DNA of 64,000 bases from Octopus vulgaris (taxonomy: Eukaryota), in assembly GCA_951406725.2 (NCBI GenBank), contig OX597822.1, forward strand, positions 62,310,001 to 62,374,000, in the 5' to 3' direction. The notes below the pieces were generated by a model that was not told where the DNA came from, ran no database searches, and worked only from the letters and a program-made list of their open reading frames with translations. This document shows positions 30,185 to 44,080 of the stretch, piece after piece. Within the stretch, counting starts at the first letter, position 1. Each line of letters opens with the position of its first letter. The position numbers and the translations under genes are program-made.

Positions 30185-30748
30185 TATATATCTGTGTGTG
30201 TGTGTGTGGTATTTGTGTGATATTTAATTGTTTCATCTATCTATAAATATCTACATGTGCACGCACATATCCAGTATTAACATATATACATACTACTCAG
30301 GGTTTATATCTAGATCTTATCCTAGTAGGAATTAAATAATCTCAGTAGGAAGTACATAAATTTAGTATACCTTTATTTGTCAACTTATGAAAGATTTATA
30401 ATTATTTCTACTAATTATTATTGAAAAGTTTTTGCTTTTGCTACAAGAAATTTAATAATGAAGCACGCAATTCATTAAGTATAGATCGATATTATTTTGT
30501 GGACAATTCTTTAGAAAGTGCAATCCTAATTAGGTAATATTTACAATCGTATAGACTGGGTGTTTTTCTTTATAAAATTTAACTTAAATTTTATTCTAGT
30601 TTAAAGAATATAGGCTATTGTGACTTGTCTTTATAAGTATTATAAGTACTATTTGATTAAAGTAGAAATAATATTTCTTATCTAAGATATCGTCCAACTG
30701 TTCGTTGCGACAGAAATGTATCTATCTTTCTATCTGTCTGTCTGTTTG

Positions 30749-30831
<83 letters not shown>

Positions 30832-31269
30832 CGCGCCTTCTTCCTTGAAACGGGAAGGAAGAGCCTTTTTCATAGTACTTGTGGCTATGGCGAAAGAATG
30901 CGTATGATGGACGCGTCTGAAAGGTCTAGAGACAAACACTTTCCTCTGTGGTCAATCTCTCACCAACTTCTTCAAGTATCACTTGAAGAGGAAGGTGAGA
31001 GTAGAGAGGGACGTTTTGTCTAGTGAATGTTTCAAAAAGAGATGGGTGAATGTAGCAAGGATGGCACGTGTGAATGACGGAGCCAGCTTGAGCATAATCC
31101 TATGAATCAAAAGAAAAAAAAAACAAAGGAAAAAGGAGAGCCATTTACGGTGATGTGTTTTCTTTTTGCATGACACTATTGCCCAAGGTTCCCGTGGTCT
31201 TTTCCGCAGGCTTTTTTATCCACGGACAAACCTAATCTGTTTTCCCTTTTTACATTGTCATTTCTGTGA

Positions 31270-31385
31270 TACACGATCCCTATTGATCGACCCCACTTTT
31301 TTTTACACGATCCCTTTTGATCGGCATTCCCCCTCCTTATTTTTAACGATCCCTTTTGATCGGAATTCGCCCCTCTTTTTCCCCC
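31270..31385. repeat. Minisatellite, ~38 bp x3
   Basis: ACGATCCCT(A/T)TTGATCG repeated at ~31273, ~31307 and ~31346. Confidence 0.75.
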
Positions 31386-31478
31386 CTTCTCTTCTTCCTA
31401 AAAAGAAAAGCTCTACTTACAAAGTCGCGCTTTTCTTTTGTCCCTTCTGTGTTTAGCCCTGCGTGGCCAATAAGGAAA

Positions 31479-31692
<214 letters not shown>

Positions 31693-32101
31693 CATGCAGA
31701 AGATTTATATGTATACCAGTTGCTAGAAATAGCCATGTAACCACACATGTTTTCCTTCTTCCTTTCCTCCTCGATGGACATTTTCCTCTATCCGATGAAA
31801 AACTATGCTTGAAACATTATTTTCACTCGTATTTTCCCATCTAAAACGTTCATTGAACGTTAGTCTATTATTCAATGTGAACATTTAATTAATTCTTATT
31901 GCTTTTTCCTGTTTTTTTTTGTTTTTCTTTTTGTATTTGAGATGTCCGTATATATATGGCCTAGTGGTTAGGGTGTTGCACTCACGATCTAATGATATTG
32001 ACTTGAATTCCTAGACCGGGTAGTGAGTGATGTTCTTGAGTCAAACCCACCATCTCACGTTGTTCTGCGATCACTTCATCACCTATGTACATATATATAT
32101 A

Positions 32102-32327
32102 CTGTTGTGAGAGTCATTTTCTTTTTGTGCCTTATAATTTAACACACTATTGAAAAAGTTGCAAGACGCAACGAAAATTTTAGGAAAATAAAAATAAGGA
32201 ACAAGTGGAAATTTTTCCGGTGAGTGTGTTAAATTATAAGGCACATAAAGAAAATGACTCTCCCCAGTCACAACAGAATATGCTTCAACACACGAATAAA
32301 GAATCATGCAAACCAATTCCCAAAACG

Positions 32328-32330
<3 letters not shown>
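32102..32330. repeat. Asymmetric fold-back repeat, second copy
   Basis: GAGAGTCATTTTCTTTTTGTGCCTTATAATTTAACACACT / AGTGTGTTAAATTATAAGGCACATAAAGAAAATGACTCTC; extension matches reverse of 27100-27180. Confidence 0.8.
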
Positions 32331-32368
<38 letters not shown>

Positions 32369-32427
32369 GCTAGATAGACAGACAGACAGACAGACAGATT
32401 GATAGACAGACAGACAGACAGACAAAT

Positions 32428-32493
<66 letters not shown>

Positions 32494-32769
32494 GTCTGTA
32501 TGGAAAGAAGTTGTTCTTTCCTAGAAATAAATTTTATCCAAGGGTACACCAGTTTAGCTTTATATCGATTAACGTGTTTATCTTTGATTCTTCTTCGATA
32601 TTATTACCTTACTCACCATCCTTAAAGATATATATATATATATATAAATTATATGTCAATTAGCCGTGAGGAGGTCTTTTGCGTTTTTCAATTTCATAGT
32701 GCACTTTAAATGTGTAAATATGGATCAGAGCAATCGACCGAAACATATTTTATTTATTTAAATTTTTTT

Positions 32770-32820
32770 TATCTAGTTTCAGCTCACAAGCTGTGGCCAT
32801 GCTGGGGCACCGCCATTTAA
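32770..32820 (-). mobile_element. Isolated LINE/SINE 3' terminal stem-loop
   Basis: Minus: GGCGGTGCCCCAGCATGGCCACAGCTTGTGAGCTGAAAC, matching the LINE 3' UTR at 18596-18630. Confidence 0.7.
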
Positions 32821-32895
32821 AAATGAAGTGACATATGAAGTGACTATTGTAATAAATAAATTGACTATCATATATATATATGTATTCTCCATTCT

Positions 32896-32957
<62 letters not shown>

Positions 32958-32958
32958 G

Positions 32959-33209
32959 TGGAGGCGCAATGGCCTAGTGGTTTCGATTCCCAGACCGGGT
33001 GTTGTGAGTGTTTATTGAGCGAAAACACCTAAAAGCTCCACGAAGCTCCGGCAGGGGGTGGTGATCCCTGCTGTACTCTTTCACCACTCTTTCTCTCACT
33101 CTTTCTTCTGTTGGCCTGCTCGCTTGGCCAGCGGGGTGGCGTCATTCGAAGGCTAAAACAATGCGAACGCATTGTGACCAGCGGTGTGTAGCAACATCTG
33201 ATGGTCTAT

Positions 33210-33216
<7 letters not shown>
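32959..33216 (+). mobile_element. tRNA-derived SINE family C (tail type 1)
   Basis: TGGCCTAGTGG..TTCGATTCCCAGACCGG, GAGCGAAAACACCTAAAAGCTCCAC; tail shared with 48460-48566. Confidence 0.85.
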
Positions 33217-33262
<46 letters not shown>

Positions 33263-33540
33263 TGTGAGTGTGTTGTTATACTTGAAAATTCTATTTTAGT
33301 TTATCACTTAACTTTTCACTTTTCCAATTCTTTGAAAATACTCCACGGACACTTTGTTGGCGTTGAATAATTTTAAAAGTGTTAGAGGTTTTAGTTTAAA
33401 TAACTTAACACTCAGAGTTTTGTCTGTTTTATGAGAAAGGGATTTTTTTGAAATTTTTTCTTATTTTTATTCTTCCCATAAACTATCTCTAATACATATT
33501 AATGATAGCTAAATTAAAAACAATAATTAAATATATATAT

Positions 33541-33963
33541 TTACTCTTTTACTCTTTTCCTTCTTTCAGTCATTTGACTGTGGCCATGCTGGAGCGCCGC
33601 CTTTAGTCGACCAAATCAACCCCACGACTTATTCTTTGTAAACCTAGTACTTATTCTATCGATCACTTTTGGCGGACCGCTAAGTTACAGGGACATAAAC
33701 ACACCACCATCGGTTGTCAAGCGATGTTGAGGGGACAACTACAGACACACATATACAGACACGTACATATATATATATATATATATATTTACATATATTC
33801 GACGGGCTTCTTTCAGTTTCCGTCTACCAAATCCACTCACAAGGCTTTGGTCGGCCCGAGGCTATAGTAGAAGACACTTGCCCAAAGTGCCACGCAGTCG
33901 GACCGAACCCGGAACCATGTGGTTCGTTAGCAAGCTACGTACCACACAGCCACTCCTACGCCT
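33541..33963 (-). mobile_element. SINE family A, full length
   Basis: Collinear with 995-1528. Confidence 0.92.
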
Positions 33964-34289
33964 ATATTAGTTAACTTATTTAAAACGCTAACTTAATTTG
34001 TATAATTAATTAAGTATATCGATACCTCCTTGTAAATAAAATACGATCGTTTTTCTTCTATCATTAAGCGTTGCAAAATAACAATTCAAAATAGTCATCT
34101 TGTGAGGTCATATTTTCCCTAGCGAGAACATATTAAAATATATATCGATTGTATTATGAAGTACAACCGGAAGATGTAGATAGACATTGATTATATCGCT
34201 ATTTTTTATGCATGCTTAGATTCTTAGTACTTGACATAATAGTTGAATACCACTATATAGTTAAATATTTAGATATCATTATCTTTATT

Positions 34290-34950
34290 ATTTACTTGGT
34301 TCAGTCCTTAGACAGCGGCCATGCTGGGGCACCGCATTGAAGAGTTTATTGAATAAAACGGTCACAGTACATTTTTTTTGTATGTTTTAAAGTCTGGTAT
34401 TTAGTCGGTTAGTCTCTTTTGCAGACTCATTAAGCTCGAGGGACGTAAACAAACTAATACCCGTTGTTAAGGCATAGTTGGGAACAAACGCCAAAAACAG
34501 AAACAAAAAAAGAAACACACACACACACACATACACACACATATATATATATATATATACATACGACGGGTCTCTTTCAGTTTATTATTTCTTTATTGCC
34601 CACAAGAGGCTAAACATAGAGGGGATAAACAAGGACAGACAAACAGATTATGTCGATGATATCGACCCTAGTACGTAACTGGTACTTATTTAATCGAAAT
34701 CGAAAGGATGAAAGGCAAAGTCGATCTCGGCGGAATTTGAACTCAGAACGTAGCGGCAGACGGAATACTTCTAAGCATTTCGCCCGGTGTGCTAATGATT
34801 CTGCCAGTTCGCCGCCTTTTTCTTTCAGTTTCTATCAACCAAAATCTACTTACAAGCCTGTAGTGGAAGGCATTTACCCAGTGAGCCACGTTGTGGGACT
34901 GAACCCGAAACCATCAGGTCGGAAAGCAAACCTCTTACAATACAGCCACT
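34290..34950 (-). mobile_element. Old SINE family A copy hosting a nested family B SINE
   Basis: GCGGCCATGCTGGGGCACCGC...TACGACGGG | ...GTGGGACTGAACCCGAAACCA. Confidence 0.75.
34584..34820 (-). mobile_element. SINE family B with 11-bp target-site duplication
   Basis: TCTTTCAGTTT at 34573-34583 and 34821-34831. Confidence 0.88.
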
Positions 34951-35655
34951 ATGTAAAAAGTGAAATCTATTGAAACTATATTGTTAAGTTGTCATTTTAT
35001 ATTAACGTTCTGTTAGTGTATATATAAAGCCAGTGCCATGGACATTTGAATAAATTTATTACAGCAAGTAGTCAGTACCATAGATATTCAAACAAAACTT
35101 ATTACATCAAGTAAAGGTGACTTACCTATCGTTTAAATAAATGTAAAGTAAATAATTGATGTTTTCATTAGTAGTTTCAAATTTTGTAATATTTTTTGAA
35201 AAAACATATCTTTTATTTGATCTATTTTGAAGCATTTTCTCATACAAAATTTAAACGCTAATAAAATTTAGTGATTATAGCTTTCTAAACTAATATAACT
35301 ATTAGAACTTTCAAAGTAAGGTATTGATCGTTATGTATTACTAATACTACTACTTTTATTGAAAATATTTACACTCTCCTTCTTCTTTGTTTCTTTCTAT
35401 CAGAAATAGATACTAACTAGATTCCAAATATAGCATGATAACAGATCCTGTTATCTTAAGTGGTTTTATTGATTTTTCTAAAAAAAACTTTCTATCCAGC
35501 GGTGTTTTGTTTGTGTTGTATGTTCTTTTGTTCCTTTTAAATTTGACCTGTATCAATAAGATAGAAATAGTGGCGATAAGCAGTTTCGATCTCTGAAGAT
35601 AATATGATTAACACAAAGAAACGGTGGGCCAGATCTGTCTGTCTGTATGCATGTA

Positions 35656-35686
<31 letters not shown>

Positions 35687-35733
35687 ATGTATGTATGTAT
35701 GTATGTATGTATGTATGTATGTATGTATGAACG

Positions 35734-35810
<77 letters not shown>

Positions 35811-35834
35811 GTCTATCTATATATCTGTCTGTCT

Positions 35835-35988
35835 GTCTATCTATCTGTCTATCTGTCTAGCAAGCTAGCTAGCTAACACAGACATGCACATTTTTCCCGA
35901 CACTCACATTTATATATAAATATGTGAGTGCCAGGGAAATTTGCATGTGTATGTTATCTAGCTAGCCAGACAGATAGATAGACAGATA
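35835..35988. repeat. Fold-back palindrome centred on TATATA
   Basis: GCTAGCTAACACAGACATGCACATTTTTCCCGACACTCACATTTATA / TAAATATGTGAGTGCCAGGGAAATTTGCATGTGTATGTTATCTAGCTAGC. Confidence 0.75.
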
Positions 35989-36000
35989 TTCAAATTTCAA

Positions 36001-36064
<64 letters not shown>

Positions 36065-36623
36065 CACACATTTTGAGGGTGTAATTTCCTCTTAAGTAAT
36101 TGTTAATAACAATCCAGAAACCAACTGGCTTTCTCAAATATATTCAAAGAAAGTTCCTTAATATATATGTATAAACAGTGTAATAAATCATAAATTATAA
36201 AGTTAATAAAAGATAAAATATAATAGATATTTGGTTCATTTTATTTGTATCACAATGGAAAAGTAGTGCAAAGTAAAAGTGACACCAATAAGAATAAGGA
36301 TAGAAGGAACCAGATCAACAAAACAACCACAAAATATCCGAAAAATATCCTACACATATTTCAATCCGACAGTATGCTTGAATCATTGACTTTCAAACGA
36401 ATATAGATGCAATAAACGATATATTTCCGGGTATTTTCTGGGGTAAATAAGTATATTTTCCGGTCTTGAATTACGAAATAACTAATTTGAGGACTGTGTT
36501 TAAAAATTTTCCAGTGTACACAACAACTTATTAGAACGCAGAGTTCATGTGATTAGATATTGAGTGTTGAAAATTTATTTAATATTGATCGGTGAAATGT
36601 TGCTAAAACATCAAATGCATCTG

Positions 36624-36690
<67 letters not shown>

Positions 36691-36798
36691 TCAATATAGG
36701 GTGGCAAAAAATTTCGTAGAATTTTTCTTAGAATTTTTTTGCCACCAGCGGCCTAGTGGGAAAAAATTAAATAGTCAAAGACCATTTATAAATTCAAC

Positions 36799-37315
36799 AT
36801 CAACAATCAAGGAATGGCCATAATAGGCCATTCACCCACTAGAAATAACAGCCAAAGCTTCAACCGCAAAACAACATTAATTCCGCAAACCAGGAGAAAA
36901 TTAAAAAAACATTTACCCTGTAGTTTCTTATACGATGCACCGTTTCATCTATTGTTTAATGGTAAACCAACCTGATTAAATTAAATCAAGCTAGTCTTCC
37001 ATAGGCCGAAAGATTCGTCAGTAAGAACAGCCAGATCGGAGCAGATATTTACACGAGGCACTTCGATCACTGCCTCGGCAATATCTGACCTAAAATTTTC
37101 AAATCATCGGCCTATGGAAGACTAGCTTGATTTAATTTAATCAGGTTGGTTTACCATTAAACAATAGATGAAACGGTGCATCGTATAAGAAACTACAGGG
37201 TAAATGTTTTTTTAATTTTCTCCTGGTTTGCGGAATTAATGTTGTTTTGCGGTTGAAGCTTTGGCTGTTATTTCTAGTGGGTGAATGGCCTATTATGGCC
37301 ATTCCTTGATTGTTG

Positions 37316-37317
<2 letters not shown>
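36799..37317. repeat. Long inverted repeat: 211-bp arms, 97-bp spacer
   Basis: 36799-37009 is the reverse complement of 37107-37317, no mismatch seen by eye; right end runs into (TA)n. Confidence 0.93.
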
Positions 37318-37346
<29 letters not shown>

Positions 37347-37376
37347 TATATACACATATATATACATATATATACA

Positions 37377-37428
<52 letters not shown>

Positions 37429-37429
37429 C

Positions 37430-37868
37430 ATAATATATAATTATATGCATATAAACATAGATATGTGTACATACCTACATATATATGTATATATAAATGC
37501 ATATATGGGTACAGGACATCAAAAACGTAGACACAATGAGAAACGAAAACATAAAAACAAAAACATAGAAAACGAACTTTTTTTCGAACAAAAAACAAAC
37601 AAACAGAGAAACGAGACAGGGAACATAAAGAACATTCCCCTTCATCAGTTGTCCCCTGTTTCATCGACTTCGCGTTACGAAGGTAAGGACAAGATGAGAC
37701 TTCGTTAAAACAGTCCTTCCCGCAAAGCAAATTAAATAAAATTTGGGATTTTTTGCTGAGGATGAAAGCCCTCACCGCTTGTTTTTATTGTCATGTTCTC
37801 AGTGTCCTGTTTTTGTTACGACTTTCACCCTCCGCAAAAATTCCCAAATTTTATTTAATTTACTTATA
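37430..37868 (-). mobile_element. Permuted-hammerhead repeat family copy with inverted terminal segment
   Basis: Minus: GAAGTCTCAT-C-TTGTCCTTA-CCTTC-GTAAC-GCG...AGGGGACAA-CTGATGA-AGGGG; 37728-37768 inverted at 37822-37863. Confidence 0.8.
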
Positions 37869-37885
37869 AATATAATAATAATAAT

Positions 37886-37916
<31 letters not shown>

Positions 37917-37918
37917 GG

Positions 37919-37952
<34 letters not shown>

Positions 37953-38038
37953 TGTATGTATGTATGTATGTATGTATGCATATATATATATATGTGTGTG
38001 TATATATATATATACACATATATATATATATATATGCA

Positions 38039-38102
<64 letters not shown>

Positions 38103-38103
38103 C

Positions 38104-38142
<39 letters not shown>

Positions 38143-38145
<3 letters not shown>

Positions 38146-39767
38146 CCCTGATAGATTCCCCGCTAGTCTACTGAAGGAATGTAGACACCAACTTGCAGTC
38201 CCTCTGACCAACCTCTGGAGAAATTCGTTAGACGCAGGTTATATACCGAAACAGTTTCTATCCCAGTCAGTCATCCCGGTTTTCAAACAGGGAAACAGAT
38301 CACTCGCACTCAACTATCGCCCAATCTCACTCACCTCCCACATCATTAAAGTGTTTGAAAGAGTGTTAAGATCAAGGATAGCTGACTTCCTGGAGACCCA
38401 CAAACTCCTAAATGCAAATCAGCATGGCTTTCGCTGTGGCAGGGACTGTCTAACACAGCTCTTACACCACATTGAAGATGTACTCAAAGCCTTGGGAACA
38501 GGTTCGAACTCTGATGTCATATATCTTGACTTCAGTAAAGCATTCGACAGGGTAGACCATAATATCCTACTCTCAAAATTGGCAAATGTTGGAATCCGTG
38601 GAAAAGTTCTACACTGGATTAAGTATTTCCTGGCGAATAGAACACAACATGTTGTAGTTGATGGAGCCCACTCAAGCCCAGCAAAAGTCAGTAGCGGTGT
38701 TCCCTAGGGGACTGTCTTGGATCCGCTACTCTTCATAATTTACATAAACGACCTTTCCAGTGTCGTACATTACTGCAAAGTGAAAATATTTGCTGATGAC
38801 ACTAAGATCCAGCAAATCGTCAATGAAGAAGCAGACCGAACTCAACTCCAGTCTGATCTATATGCTGTGAGTCAATGGGCAGACAGAAACAAAATGCAAT
38901 TGAACGAGGGAAAATTTGAGCTGATGCATTTTGGAAGAAATTCCTCACTAAAACAGCCATACTCTCTTCCTTCAGGGGAACCGCTCACAGCCTCTAACAA
39001 TATCAGAGACCTGGGTGTAATTGTTGATGACGATCTCAGTTGGAGTACACACATCAACAAGAAGGTCGATATAGCTCGTAGGATGAGTCCCTGGATCTTA
39101 AGAACTTTCCGGTCCAGAGAACAAGGTGTCATTATACCACTTTTCTCCTCCTTTGTACGGCCACACCTCGAATACTGCTGCCCACTGTGGTCTCCCCATA
39201 CAAGACAAAACATCTCGAGGATTGAATCACCCCAGAGGGCACTCACTAAACGAATTGAAGGCATGGCTGCTCTCGATTGTTGGGATCGCCTTAAAGCCTT
39301 GAAACTCTACTCTCTCCAGCGTCGTCGTGAGCGGTACATCATTTGTACGATGTGGAGAATATACCGCCAACTTTGCCCAAACGACCTGAACATTAGCTTC
39401 AAGGTTCACCCAAGACTGGGACCACGGGCCATACGTCCCCTGCCCAATTCAAGATCACAGCATACATGTACACTGCAACATTATTTCTTTTCCTCAACAG
39501 GCCCTGCCCTATTCAACATTGTCCCGAAAGAGATCAAAGTGGAAAAGGATCCCATCAACTTTAAACGGAGTCTGGCTAGATTCCTTCAAAGAATACCAGA
39601 TAAGCCACCCATAATTGGATACAACTCACCCAACAAAAACTCACTACTTGAATGGACCATAAACAAAACTTGACTTAGGCAGGATTCAAATAATCCTATC
39701 AGGTGGTGCTATTAAGTTAGACATGGCCTGGACCAATCTTTGGTCGAAACATATCTAAGTTTATCTA

Positions 39768-39773
<6 letters not shown>
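38143..39773 (+). mobile_element. 5'-truncated CR1/L2-group LINE (RT domain + 3' UTR) inserted in (TA)n
   Basis: GPDRFPA.LLKEC, NYRPISLTS, QHGFR, YLDFSKAFDRV, SGVP*G (premature stop 38705-38707), FADDTK, RPHLEYC; tail (TATCTAAGTT)x2. Confidence 0.95.
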
Positions 39774-39804
<31 letters not shown>

Positions 39805-40241
39805 GCACACACACACTTACACCCTATCACACGCACGCACATGTACGCACACAAACACGTGCAATCACACATATATACATGTAAACAAAGTATATCCGAA
39901 TTGATCCGAAGTTATTTTCTTAGTCACAAGATCGCGTTCTGTCCCGCTGTGTGACATTTCACTAAATATCTTTTCACTCTAGCATCAAGTCCTCCTATAC
40001 CTTCTATGTGTAACTCGAGAGACGGAATCTGTGTGGAAACTTGGCGGATGGATCGTAGCAATATTTCAAGATACCAATAATGCCACTCTATATCACATTG
40101 ATTCTACATTAGATCTACGTGAAGATTACACGTGTCTTTCGAATATTCTGTCCCTTTCAGACTAATTCCACAAGCTTAACAATAACTCTTGATCGGACAA
40201 CCGAATACTAATAATTGGATTTGCTGACCGACATCCAGTAC

Positions 40242-40272
<31 letters not shown>

Positions 40273-40278
40273 TGTATG

Positions 40279-40312
<34 letters not shown>

Positions 40313-40987
40313 TGTATGTATGTGTGTTTGTATGTATGTATGTATGTATGTATGTATGTATGTATGTATGTATGTATGTATGTATGTCTATATGAGTGTA
40401 TGTATGTATATTCTTACCTTTTTCTTATCAATTTTAGAGTAAATTTTCCGGCCCCCTATATAGTGTGAGGTTATTTATGAAGGAAAGTATCTTCTCTTAA
40501 CCATCATGCTTCAAATCTTAAGAAGGTCTTGCAGATTTCCATAGTCCGGGATATCGTGATCATTTGTAGCATATTAATTAAGGATTTATATTCTCTTCGT
40601 AAGATTCCAAGTTCAACCATATTTTGCTCCAGGCGGGTTGATACATATCCTGTTGCCCTAACAATAATAGGTATGAAGCTGAAATTGTATCTTGGGTACT
40701 GGATTTGCTAACTCATTATCAATAGTTCGTAAATGTTCACTCTCCCGTGTCTTCGTGTCCAGAGAGCAGCTGATTTCCACAACAGAACATACCTTTTCTT
40801 TGTGGACCCACACAACGATATTCGTTTTAAATTAATGTGTGTTTCAAATTTTAAAGTTTCATCCTTATTCTTTTGACGCATCGGTTTCAAAATATTCGTT
40901 TGTAGATTTGTAGATATCTTTTTGTCATCCTGCTTTTTGGTCAATGCATGATATATATATATGTATGTATGTATGTATATATGTATG

Positions 40988-41021
<34 letters not shown>

Positions 41022-41868
41022 TGTATGTATGTATGTATGCATGTATATACAGATAGATAGATAAATGCACGCAAATATTCCATATACATTGTATATATGT
41101 ATATGCCCATACATAACCGTATAGACGTGTATGTATGTATATATGCATGTGTGTATTTATATATGTGTTTATATATGTTTGGATAGATAGATGGGGGATG
41201 GATAGATGTACGAATGTGTTTATCACTAAGATAAGAAATAGCTGTCAACTCATTCTAAGGAGCCTTCTGAGCATTGCAAGGAATTTATTTTACAGGTGCT
41301 ATAACTTCTAACAGTTAGGTATAAGAGGTATTAGATGTAACTGTGCATGAGAGAAAAGTGTGTGAATAAAGCACGTAATACGTATGATAATATAGCAATA
41401 TTTAAAAGGCAGGCAGATATTTATAAAGCGTTCAGTGTTAAACGAATTTGATTAACTATATCCAACAATCAGCTAACAATAAATGCAAGTAGAATACACA
41501 AGGTAATTCTTCATGTATGACAAGCAAATCTAAATATCGTTTAGAAGAATTTCAAGAAATTCGAAATAAAAGACAGCAAGAACAAGAATGGTGAAAGCCA
41601 CATCTTTAATTAGTGATTAAACCATACATTACTGACGAGCGTTACTATTGTGTCAGCATATTTTGATTCAGAAAAAGGGATAAAACTATTTTTTATACCT
41701 TTTTCTGTATATAAATATACTGACACAGTGGAAACGATCATCAGTAATGCATGGTTTAATCGCCAATTAAAGACATGATTTTCTCCATTTTTATTCTTGT
41801 TTATACACACACACACACATATATGTATACATATATATATAATGTTTACGTATACATGCGTGTATATG

Positions 41869-41945
<77 letters not shown>

Positions 41946-42074
41946 ATACATGTACACATACATATATTTACAATTAAATTCTTAGTTTACTTGTTTGACA
42001 GGTAATTTGATTTGAGATATGTTGAAAATGTAACAATTGCATCAGGAAAAAACAATGATAACCTTCAAATCGCG

Positions 42075-42152
<78 letters not shown>

Positions 42153-42971
42153 CATTTACATACTACTTCTGAAGTACACTGGCGTGCATTAAACTATGCT
42201 ATATTCCACTGTCAGCGAGTTCGTGTTCCCTTCTGATTGTAATAAATTCAAAGCTTGTCGATATTCAGCAAATATTATAACTATTAATATAATATACAGT
42301 ATGGCTCATTTGGTCGAGATTTCGAGTTTTTCACTTTTCTTGCTTTCGTTGAGGCACCACAGAGATGGTTAGCACGAATAGATGAATTCTACATCTTGTG
42401 TTAGTAGTCTTGTCTGTCACTTTAAACATATACTAACAACACACACGTTTCCATATAAATATATTTATATATAAACACATGTTAATGAAATCAGAGAAAT
42501 TAAAACGCAGCTTAACTGTGGTTAAAAACATTTTTATGATTCTGTATTAGATTTTATGTGAAAAAAACACTATAACAAGAGTTTCGTCGTGAGAAGCACT
42601 ACTAAACGCATCATCATCTGTAGATGTGTATTTACCAGGAACTGAGACAAAGTTTTTAAAGTTTTTGTAGGAAAAAGGCTCTTAAATATATATAATACTA
42701 TTTCATACCTAAATGCAAAATAACCTTCTAAACGTTAGGGATGGTATCAGCGATAATTCATAAGGCTAATTCTTTAAGTAACTCAGTATGTTTAAATAAC
42801 TCAATAAGTTCATTTCGAACTCTATTTAAATGTTAATATTAATGTTGCACAAAAACGAGGCTGTTATGCAATTGTCTCGCAAGGTCGGGAATCTTCTCGT
42901 ATAAAACAAAACAACAACAGCAACAATAATGAAAACATGAGAATGATAATACCTGGATCGATTACTCTTAT

Positions 42972-43750
42972 GTTAGTTAGTTAATTTGGCTCAAAAGCAA
43001 ATAGCAAGGCCATGTAGGGGGACATGGAGTTAAGTACAGGGTGGTGTTCATGTAAAGAGTTCAGGCCACTTGAGGTCCAGGGAGGCTTTGAACAAAGCGG
43101 TCGTCGGCATCTTCACCATCTCGTTTGGCAGCTTGTTCCACGGATCCGCAACCCAGACGGAGAAAGCTCCTCTCCTTCGATTGAGATGAAATCGTCGCAG
43201 GTAGAGCTTTTCGGAATGACCCCGCAGCCGACGCTCCGGAGCAGGAGTGAAGAACAGCTCTTTCGAGAGGTTACACTTCCCGCTTATGGTGTTGTGGGCG
43301 AGAATGAGATCACCACGGCGGCGGCGTTTTTCAAGAGAATAAAGGTCGAGCGTCCTCAGCCTTTCTTCGTAGGACAAATTTTTGAGACCATGAACCATGC
43401 GGGTAGCCAGCCTCTGGACTCTTTCGAGATGCTGTATGTCTTTGAGGAGATAAGGAGAAGAGGCTTCAATCCCATACTCCAATATGGGTCTCACCAGCGT
43501 GACATAGAGTGGCAGGAATATGGCTGCTGTGAGCATTCCGAATGACCGTCGAATCAAAAACAGAATTCCGCGCGCTTTGTTGGCAGCATGGACGCACTGG
43601 GCCGAAGGCGAAAAGGAGGAATCCACCAAGATACCCAGGTCCTTTACCTGATCGGTCCTCTCCAGCAGCAGACGACCCGGCTCGAAATCAAGTTGAGTTG
43701 CAGGAGTAGAGCCGACAGGCAGATGACAGCACTTTGACACGTTCAGACAC
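42972..43750 (-). mobile_element. 5'-truncated CR1-type LINE 3' end
   Basis: ORF 43048..43740: KDLGILVD, LVRPILEY, LERVQRLATRMV, YEERL..LDLYSLEKRRRRGDLI, RGH; (TAAC)n tail. Confidence 0.92.
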
Positions 43751-44080
43751 AGAATTGCACTCTTGTCATCACAGTGAATTGCATAATATGAGTATTACAT
43801 ACTGTTGTGTGGATGCTCCCAGACGATGAAGTAGGCTGGCCCAATACGTAGATATAGTATTGCAACGTAAATTGTGACGTAACTAATATATTATTAAGAG
43901 AAGTTAACAGTTTCCCCGTGTTTATGAATGGCGAAAATAAGTTTCCTGCTGTAAAACTGAAATATATCGAAATATACTTATATAAGTATGTTACTCATAC
44001 AGACATACGTATAAAACGAAATAGTGTGTGTGAATATAATTATATGTGTGCACCTGTATATGTACATGCGAAACAACACA

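Noticed and set aside
31270-31385. Three spaced ACGATCCCTTTTGATCG repeats resembling a CRISPR array
   Set aside because: Eukaryotic context, similar low-complexity spacers, no cas genes; a simple minisatellite
40480-41620. Non-microsatellite stretches that might be host exons or old Penelope remnants
   Set aside because: No recognisable motif or sustained reading frame; cannot be called without a homology search
42570-42622. Minus-strand ATGATGA...GAAAC...GTT hammerhead-like spacing
   Set aside because: C3 missing and no convincing stem I/II pairing
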